Positions 57,392 through 64,000 of a DNA stretch of 64,000 nt are shown in pieces. The notes beneath the pieces were generated by a model that was not told the origin of the DNA, ran no database searches, and saw only the letters and a program-made list of their open reading frames with translations. Position 1 is the stretch's first letter. Every line of letters begins with the position of its first letter. The stretch comes from Ramlibacter sp. (GTDB lineage Bacteria; Pseudomonadota; Gammaproteobacteria; Burkholderiales; Burkholderiaceae_C). The position numbers were made by a program, and so were the translations under genes. The stretch covers positions 20,712-84,711 of the forward strand of contig NZ_DASPLW010000040.1 in NCBI RefSeq assembly GCF_035627355.1. Reading direction: 5' to 3'.

Positions 57392-58545
57392 CAGGCCGCC
57401 TCGCGCTGGGTACGTTCGAGGTCGTCGATCTCCTTGCGCAGGTGCTTGAGCGCCGGCGTCACGATGGCGACGAACACCGCCTCGCGCTGGCGGCGTTGCG
57501 CGGGGTGGCGCATCAGGTAGCCCTTTGCGCCCGCGTGCAGCGTGGCGGAACTGGCGGCCCTCAACGCCAGTTCCGAGGCGTGGGCGCGCACTTTCAGCAC
57601 GGGCAGCACCGGCGCCGAGCCGGCCTGCGCCTGCCCGGCCAGCACGGCGGCTTCGGCCTTGAGATCGGCGAGTTCGGCGGCCAGTTCGCTGCCTTGGTCA
57701 TCGAGGAAGATGTTGACGTGCGCATGGCTGGCGTTGCTCTCGCGGATGGTCTTGAGGCTGCCCTCAACCACGCCGAAGCCCATGCCGGTCTGGCCCAGGA
57801 CGAATCCCGGCTTGATGCGCTGGATGAACCGCGCGAACTGGTGCGGATGGGCGAGCACGTCCTGGGCATCGACGCGCAAATCCTTGAACCGGAGATTGAG
57901 CGTCTGCGTGCCCTCCATCCCGGAGAACTCGGGACAAGCGTGAAGTTCCAGCCCGGTTGCGCTGCCGTGCACGGCGAACATCACATAGCCCTCGTTGGCT
58001 ACGGCGGCCGCCACGATGGCCAGGTGGTCCGGGCCGACGTTGGAGACCCAGGGCAGCGCGCCGTTGACGACGTAGCCGTCGCCTGCGCGAACCGCCGTCA
58101 GCTGGATCCGCTCGATGCCGGCCAGGTGCTTGACCGGGTTGGACATGCCGGTGCCGGCGAGCAGTTCGCCTCTTGCCACCCGGCGCAGATAGCGCGTGCG
58201 GGGGGCTTCGTTGGGTGCATGCTGCAGGTACCAGGCGCAGGTCGACTGGCACCAGACCAGGAATGCCGTCGATCCGCACTCGGCGCCGATGCGGCTCGTG
58301 ATGTCGATCTGGTCCGCCAGGCCCAAACCGAGGCCCCCGGACTCCCTCGGGATACTGGCGCCGAAGCCGCCCAGCTCGCCCAGCTTGCGCAGGAACGCTT
58401 CGGGGTAGAGGCCTTGCTGGTCGATGGCGCCGGCCAGAGGTGCGAGTTCGGCCCGGGCCAGCGCGGTGACCGCTTGCAAGAGGAGATGGGTCGATTCGGA
58501 CTGGCTCACGGCGTCATATCTTTCCGAGTGCGCCGTAACGGGCAC
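57391..58545 (-). CDS. Acyl-CoA dehydrogenase-fold flavoprotein (SfnB/DszC-like sulfur-acquisition type suspected)
   Basis: 384 aa with the ACAD three-domain pattern. Subfamily is inferred from operon context only. Confidence 0.8.
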   Translation of the reverse strand: MPVTAHSERYDAVSQSESTHLLLQAVTALARAELAPLAGAIDQQGLYPEAFLRKLGELGGFGASIPRESGGLGLGLADQIDITSRIGAECGSTAFLVWCQSTCAWYLQHAPNEAPRTRYLRRVARGELLAGTGMSNPVKHLAGIERIQLTAVRAGDGYVVNGALPWVSNVGPDHLAIVAAAVANEGYVMFAVHGSATGLELHACPEFSGMEGTQTLNLRFKDLRVDAQDVLAHPHQFARFIQRIKPGFVLGQTGMGFGVVEGSLKTIRESNASHAHVNIFLDDQGSELAAELADLKAEAAVLAGQAQAGSAPVLPVLKVRAHASELALRAASSATLHAGAKGYLMRHPAQRRQREAVFVAIVTPALKHLRKEIDDLERTQREAA

Positions 58546-58608
58546 GGCGGGACCTCGCGCCGAGCGGGCTGCCGGCCCGGCGCGGCGTCTGGTGGTTGCG
58601 TTCCGCGC

Positions 58609-59151
58609 TCAGGCGAACGCCTGGAGTTCCGGATTGATGGGGGTCTGCGCCACGTTGTTGGCGTAGTTGCACAGGGTCGCCAGGCTCACGCCGAGCACGA
58701 CTTCGAGCACGTTGGCCTGGCTGTAGCCTGCGGCGAAGAAGTCTTGCAATTCGGCATCGGCGAGCTGGCCCTTCTTGTCGATCACGGCCAGCGTGAACAG
58801 CGCCAGTGCATTGAGTTTCGGATCGGTGAGCGCCTGCGTCTGGCGCAGCGCCTGGATCACTTCCTCGGGCATCTGGAGCTTCTTGCGCGCGAGCTTGGTG
58901 TGGCCCGCCAGGCAGAAGCCGCAGCCGTTGCGGGCCGCGGCGGTGATCTGGATCACTTCGCGCTCGGCAGCCGTAAGGCCGTTGCGGGCGTTGATGCCGC
59001 TGACCACCTGGTAGGTTTCCAGCGCCGTCGGTGCGTTGGCCAGTACGCCCAGCAGGTTGGGCAGGAAGCCATTCGCTGCTTGCGCGCTTTGCAGACGTTC
59101 CCGGGCTTGCTCGGGCGCGCCCTCGATGGTTTGGATGGTCAAACGGCTCAT
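58609..59151 (-). CDS. Carboxymuconolactone decarboxylase / AhpD-like family protein
   Basis: CxxC motif within NGCGFCLAGH. 180 aa from MSRLTIQTIEG. Confidence 0.8.
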   Translation of the reverse strand: MSRLTIQTIEGAPEQARERLQSAQAANGFLPNLLGVLANAPTALETYQVVSGINARNGLTAAEREVIQITAAARNGCGFCLAGHTKLARKKLQMPEEVIQALRQTQALTDPKLNALALFTLAVIDKKGQLADAELQDFFAAGYSQANVLEVVLGVSLATLCNYANNVAQTPINPELQAFA

Positions 59152-59403
59152 GTCACCCCTTGGTATATGGGTCACGATCCTAAGGAGTGCTTGTCATATA
59201 TCAAACGAAAATTAATCCATTTAGGTATTGAGAAGTGGATATAAGAGTCCGCCGGGAGGCCTGGTGCGAAGGCGTCGTTCGCTATCCAGGAGCGGTGTGC
59301 GCTTCACGCGGCATGTTCTCCCGCCCCTACTCCCGATGCGCCTAAATCCGCAGTCCGTGCATGTCTGGCTAGACTGCTCGCAGCAAGAAGGCGCAGGGAT
59401 TCC

Positions 59404-60093
59404 ATGAACGGTCCGGAGGCCCTCGACGTGCCCGCATCCCGGGAGGTCGCGCCGCATCCACCACGCGACAAGGTGCAGGCCTGGACGGAGCTGCTGCGCA
59501 CGCCCTTGCCTCACCTCGAACTGGAAGCGTTTGCACAAATGCACCCGGTCCGCGTGGACCAGGCGGACGGGGTCACCTTGCTTCGCATCCAGCCGGGCCA
59601 GGAGGTCAAGCGCGCCCTGGCGCCATGGACGCGCCGATACGGCACGATCGTGCCCGTCTTCACCAGCCTGGAAGCCGACGCGAGCGACCTGCTCGGTTCG
59701 CCCGAGGAGGCCGCGCGCTGGCTGCGGGAGCGTCCGCTGCTGTGCTGCGCGGTGCCGGTGTTGGATGACTTGTTGATAGCGGCCCGTGGAATGACGGCGC
59801 AGGTCGCAACCCCCGAGATCACGAGCGCCGCGCGCGAGCTGGCCTATGCCGCCGCCGGACTCGTGGTGGACGCGTGCCAACGCTGGCCTGGCGCGCAGAT
59901 CCCGTGGGCCGATGCGAAGAACCGGCCGACGCTGCGGCTGGTCGCACAGGCCATCGACCTCGCGCTGGCGGCGCAGGACCACGAGCGCGCGCTCGCGTGG
60001 ATGCGATGGATGCTCGGACACGATGCGGAGGACGCGCATGGCTGGCGCAGCGTCATGGACTCCCAGCGCCAGGCCGGCGCATCCGATACCTGA
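59404..60093 (+). CDS. Hypothetical protein
   Basis: 229 aa with high GC3, consistent with coding. TIVPVFTSLEADASDLL faintly recalls SseB-type N-domains. No firm family. Confidence 0.5.
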   Translation: MNGPEALDVPASREVAPHPPRDKVQAWTELLRTPLPHLELEAFAQMHPVRVDQADGVTLLRIQPGQEVKRALAPWTRRYGTIVPVFTSLEADASDLLGSPEEAARWLRERPLLCCAVPVLDDLLIAARGMTAQVATPEITSAARELAYAAAGLVVDACQRWPGAQIPWADAKNRPTLRLVAQAIDLALAAQDHERALAWMRWMLGHDAEDAHGWRSVMDSQRQAGASDT

Positions 60094-60371
60094 GACAACC
60101 CTCCCGGCGATCCCCGCCTCTACGAGCCATGGGTGCGCGACGCGCGCGACTCGTTGCAGGAGCCCAGGATAGGAAGACGATTGTCCAGAAAACGGAACTG
60201 TGTGTCCGTCCAGAGCCGGTTTATCGGTGAGTACGCCACTCCTAGAATGGCCTGGTGGCCGTGGTTTGGGCGGCCGGTCAAGGCCGACCCGCGCAGGTGT
60301 TCGGCGATCAGCCGCTTGACAGCCCCCGCCGGCGGGATTGCCGGACTGCATGAATCAGTGAAGGAGCCCGA

Positions 60372-61583
60372 ATGCTAGGCAAGTCGACAAGGGTTGGCAT
60401 TATTGGTGGAGGCTTGGGCGGGCTCTCCGCCGCGATTGCACTGAAGAAGATCGCGGGGATCGAAGCCACCGTGTTCGAGCAATCACACAAGCACGATGAG
60501 GTGGGCGCTGGGGTCACCATTGCGCCCAATGCCAGTCGCGTCCTCGACAAGTTGGGGCTGCTCGAGCCGATGCGGCGCGCGGGAGCGATCCCGGATGGAC
60601 ACGGCGTCTATTTGGACGCCATGGGCAACTTGGTGACTGACGCAGCCTGGGAAGACACATCGAAGCAGTACCAGAACATCGGTATGTACAGGCCGGACAT
60701 GATCGACATCCTGGTGCAGGCGGTGGATCCGGAGGCGATCCGGCTCCACCATCGCGCGAAGTCGATCGAAATGCTGGATCCAGGTGTCCGCGTTCATTTC
60801 GAGAACGGCAAGCAGGAAGACTTCGATGCGGTCATAGGCGCCGATGGGATCCGCTCGGTGGTGCGCAAGGCCGTCGGGCAACCCACCCGGTTCGTCTACT
60901 CCGGATATATGGCGTATCGGGGGGTGATCGATGCCTCCGACCTCCCCAAGGACTGGAACAGGATCAGCCAGACTTGGCTGGGTAATGACCGGCACCTGAT
61001 GACCTATCCATTGCAGCGACACAAGCTGTACAACTACGTCGCTTGCGTGCCCAGTGACAGGCCGCTGAAGGGACCTTGGTCCGGGCCTGCAGGCGTGGAC
61101 GAAATCAAGGCCGAATTCAGCCGTCAAGCCTGGGATCCCAGGGTCCATCAATTCATCTCGGCGATCAAGGAAACCTTCTGGTGGGGTCTGTTCGACATCG
61201 ACCCCCTCACCAATTGGTCGCGAGGGCCCATCGCACTGATGGGGGACGCAGCGCATACCATGCTCCCGCACCAGGGCCAGGGGGTGAACCAGGCCTTCGA
61301 GGACTGCATCACGCTGGCCTTCTTCCTGAAGCAGGCCGAAAGTGCCCGTGACATCCCGGAAGCCTTCAGGCGCTACACCGCCGTTCGCATGCAGCGTGCG
61401 ACGATCCTGCAGGTGGGTTCACGCAGGGCCGGCGCAATGTTCGATTCGCAACTGCAGTTCACCAACACCAGGAAGCGCGACGTCGACCTCGCTTCAGGAC
61501 GCGACTTCCGCAGGGCGGCCGTGTTCGATTACGACGCGCTCAAGGTGGCCGAGAAGGCACTCGAACGATTCAAGAGGGTTTGA
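60372..61583 (+). CDS. FAD-dependent monooxygenase (salicylate-hydroxylase-like)
   Basis: VGIIGGGLGGLSAAIAL, GADGIRSVVR, LMGDAAHTMLPHQGQGVNQAFED. Confidence 0.85.
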   Translation: MLGKSTRVGIIGGGLGGLSAAIALKKIAGIEATVFEQSHKHDEVGAGVTIAPNASRVLDKLGLLEPMRRAGAIPDGHGVYLDAMGNLVTDAAWEDTSKQYQNIGMYRPDMIDILVQAVDPEAIRLHHRAKSIEMLDPGVRVHFENGKQEDFDAVIGADGIRSVVRKAVGQPTRFVYSGYMAYRGVIDASDLPKDWNRISQTWLGNDRHLMTYPLQRHKLYNYVACVPSDRPLKGPWSGPAGVDEIKAEFSRQAWDPRVHQFISAIKETFWWGLFDIDPLTNWSRGPIALMGDAAHTMLPHQGQGVNQAFEDCITLAFFLKQAESARDIPEAFRRYTAVRMQRATILQVGSRRAGAMFDSQLQFTNTRKRDVDLASGRDFRRAAVFDYDALKVAEKALERFKRV

Positions 61584-62206
61584 TCCATATGACATCGATC
61601 AGCATCATTGGCAGCGGCAAGATGGGTTCGGCGATCGCGAACATCGCAGCACTCGCGGGTGCGGATATCCAGATAGTCAATCGCAGCGCCAGGCCCACCA
61701 AGGATCACCCCGAGGCCAGGTATGCGGCACTGGGCGATGACCTGACCGGGGAACTTGTCGTCCTCGCAGTCCCGTATGGCGCCTACCCGAATATATTGAG
61801 GCACTATCGGGACAGGCTGGGCGGCAAGGTCGTCATCGACATCGCCAACACCATCGATTTCACCACGTACGAGCAACCAGAGGCCCTGGTGGGCACCTCC
61901 ACTGCCCTTGAACTTGCGAAGCAGCTTCCTGAGGACGTCGCCGTCCTGAAGGCGTTCAACGCGAATCTTGCGGAGACGCTCATAACCCGCACGAATGGCA
62001 CCACGGCGACAACCGTCTTGTTCGCCGGAGACGACGCCGAGGGCAAGATCGCACTCGCGGAGATCCTTGTAGCAGCGGGCCTTCGGGCAGTCGACGTCGG
62101 TCCTCTTCAGCGCTCGAGGCAACTGGAGGCGATCGGCTTTCTGCAGATGGTGTTGGCATCATCGGGGAAAACGCGCTTCGAGTCGGGCTTCACTCTGCTG
62201 CCCTGA
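61580..62206 (+). CDS. NADPH-dependent F420 reductase-like (NADP oxidoreductase, coenzyme F420-dependent family)
   Basis: [14 protein letters not shown] Rossmann fold. 208 aa. ATGA overlap with the monooxygenase gene. Confidence 0.8.
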   Translation: MIHMTSISIIGSGKMGSAIANIAALAGADIQIVNRSARPTKDHPEARYAALGDDLTGELVVLAVPYGAYPNILRHYRDRLGGKVVIDIANTIDFTTYEQPEALVGTSTALELAKQLPEDVAVLKAFNANLAETLITRTNGTTATTVLFAGDDAEGKIALAEILVAAGLRAVDVGPLQRSRQLEAIGFLQMVLASSGKTRFESGFTLLP

Positions 62207-62362
62207 CCAGACCGAGATCCTGGAAATCACCGGATCCTCGCCCGCGGGCATCGAAGATGCCGTCAACACGGCCATCGCCAAGGCCAGCGAGACCGTTCGC
62301 AACATGCAATGTCGTGGTACGGTCCGCCGCTTCGATCTGCGCATCGGCATTCACGCCCGGTG
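62205..62362 (+). pseudogene. Dodecin-like gene remnant (no start codon, shortened C-terminal half)
   Basis: The frame reads [52 protein letters not shown]. The first ~35 aa match the dodecin pattern (.ELTGSS..GIE.AV..AI.RA..T.R...). The expected WFEV...GH segment is missing. Confidence 0.4.
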
Positions 62363-62395
62363 AGCAGAGATCTGGTTCCAAGGAAAAGCACACAG

Positions 62396-62782
62396 ATGAA
62401 ATTCCGCAAAGTGATCCCCGCCGCCCGGGGCGGCGAGTCCGCCCGCTTCAGCGATGCCATCCAGGCCGGCAACACCCTCTACGTGGCCGCCCAGATCGGC
62501 GTCGATGCGAACGGGGTGGCCTCGCCCGACGTGGCGCAGCAATGCCGCCAGACCTGGGCCAATATGGAGGCGGTCCTTTCGGAGGCGGGCATGGGCATAG
62601 AGAACATCGTCAAGACCACGGTATTCCTGACCGACCGGGCCGATTTCCCGACCTACGCTGCAGTGCGGGACGAGGTGTTCAAGGGCCACAAGCCCGCAAC
62701 CACCCTCGTGTACGTGTCCGGCCTGTTCAAGCCGGAACTGAAGGTGGAAATCGAGGCGATCGCCGTGGACGATGGCGTGTGA
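62396..62782 (+). CDS. RidA family protein
   Basis: MKFRKVIPAARGGESARFSDAIQAGNTLYVAAQIG...VEIEAIAV. AAGGAAAAG lies upstream. Confidence 0.85.
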   Translation: MKFRKVIPAARGGESARFSDAIQAGNTLYVAAQIGVDANGVASPDVAQQCRQTWANMEAVLSEAGMGIENIVKTTVFLTDRADFPTYAAVRDEVFKGHKPATTLVYVSGLFKPELKVEIEAIAVDDGV

Positions 62783-62871
62783 AGCCGCCGGCGTTGGCAA
62801 GATAGACGGGCTCGGGAATCCCGGCCAGGCCGTTGCCCGATCCCATGCCGGAGATGCGCCTGCGCGGCGCA

Positions 62872-63252
62872 CTACGCCGCAGCTGGAACCCGGTTCTTCC
62901 GATACGAGTTCTTGATCGCGATCTTCTCGCCGCGGAACGTGAAGAGGTCGCAGCCGTTCACCTCCACGCGGGTGCCGTCCTTGCGCGTGCCGGTGAAGGT
63001 CCACTCGGAGACGCCGCGGTCGCCCAGCACGAAATGCCGTGGCGAACGCCACTGCGCGTCCGGGAAGGTCTGGAAGACCTCGGAGAAGCCGGCACGGACC
63101 GCATCCTTGCCGGCGTAGTGGGCGCCGCAGGCGTCCGGGCCCGCGGACGCCTCGAAGACGCAGTCGTCCGCCATGAAGCCCATCAGCGCTTCGATGTCGT
63201 GCCGGTTCCAGGCGTCGGCGAACGCCTGGAGGTCGTCGATGGAGAGGCTCAT
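62872..63252 (-). CDS. SnoaL-like / NTF2-fold protein
   Basis: MSLSIDDLQAFADAWNRHDIEALMGFMADDCVFE... 126 aa. Confidence 0.75.
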   Translation of the reverse strand: MSLSIDDLQAFADAWNRHDIEALMGFMADDCVFEASAGPDACGAHYAGKDAVRAGFSEVFQTFPDAQWRSPRHFVLGDRGVSEWTFTGTRKDGTRVEVNGCDLFTFRGEKIAIKNSYRKNRVPAAA

Positions 63253-63335
63253 CGTCAGCTCCTGCAAGACGTGACACGCGCATTCTGCGCGGCGCATGCC
63301 GACTTCCGACCAGGAGCGTTGTCTCGGCAGGACAT

Positions 63336-63724
63336 TCAGGCCGGCTGCGACAGCTCGACCAGGTTGAAGTCTGGGTCGCGCACGTAGACGGAACGGATCG
63401 GGCCGGTGGCGCCGGTCCGCAGCACCGGGCCCTGCTCGATCGGCCAGCCGCATGCGCGAAGCTGCGTGATCACCTCGTCCAGCGGACGGTCGGTGATGAA
63501 GCACAGGTCCAGCGCGCCGGGCACGGGCAGGTGTGCCCTGGGCTCGAATTCGGCGCCTTGCACGTGCAGGTTGATCTTCTGGTGGCCGAACTTGAAGGCG
63601 CGGCGCTCCACCGGCGGCGTGCCGCCGACGAAGGTCTCCAGCTGCATGCCGAGCACGCGCGTGTAGAAGTCGATGCAGGCGGCCTCGCGCGCCGTGGTCA
63701 GGACCAGGTGGTCGAGGTGGTCGA

Positions 63725-63728
<4 letters not shown>
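63336..63728 (-). CDS. VOC family (glyoxalase-fold) protein
   Basis: MIDHLDHLVLTTAREAACIDFYTRVLGM...SVYVRDPDFNLVEL. Confidence 0.85.

Positions 63729-64000
<272 letters not shown>

Noticed and set aside
62257-62805. 182-aa and 157-aa plus-strand track ORFs (62257-62805, 62309-62782) as extended genes
   Set aside because: The RidA-family similarity begins at the ATG at 62396, which has an upstream AAGGAAAAG. The 62309 extension is low-complexity read-through of the dodecin-remnant region. 62257-62805 is an out-of-frame shadow ORF.

Overview
This is a 64 kb window of high-GC DNA (roughly 68-70% by eye). Gene content looks like a Burkholderiales/Comamonadaceae-type betaproteobacterial chromosome; that placement is inference from content only. 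I support about 70 protein-coding genes, tightly packed on both strands.

Ordinary content:
- Two TRAP transporters.
- etfBA plus a large acyl-CoA dehydrogenase.
- The grpE-dnaK-dnaJ heat-shock locus with sigma32-like promoters.
- A PAS-rich orphan histidine kinase.
- An ECF sigma/anti-sigma pair.
- Several ABC importers.
- Many small detox/stress genes (RidA x2, VOC x2, GST, NIPSNAP, AhpD-like).

I found no rRNA, tRNA, CRISPR array, transposase or integrase. Many very long ORFs in the track (up to 1265 aa) are antisense shadow ORFs typical of high-GC DNA and were not called.

Most interesting observations:
1. A translationally coupled four-gene cassette at 26598-30445 (minus strand). It encodes a MotA/ExbB-like channel protein with a ~460-aa helical tail, a MotB/OmpA-like peptidoglycan anchor, and two small unknown partners that I recall as DUF3348-like and DUF2894-like. 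The architecture parallels ZorA/ZorB of Zorya systems but there are no known Zorya effector genes. I know of no assigned function.
2. A ~1.2 kb low-GC islet (~41650-42900) carrying a single gene for a TerB-like-repeat plus BRCT-domain protein.
3. An unlisted 54-aa rubredoxin gene (57227-57391) inside a six-gene operon: AhpD-like, ACAD-like, rubredoxin and an ABC importer whose binding protein has a twin-arginine (Tat) export signal.
4. A dodecin-like gene remnant in a lower-GC block at 59.2-62.8 kb.

CDS ends follow the supplied ORF track. Starts were re-chosen by hand. Hairpin and promoter coordinates were read by eye and may be off by 1-2 nt.
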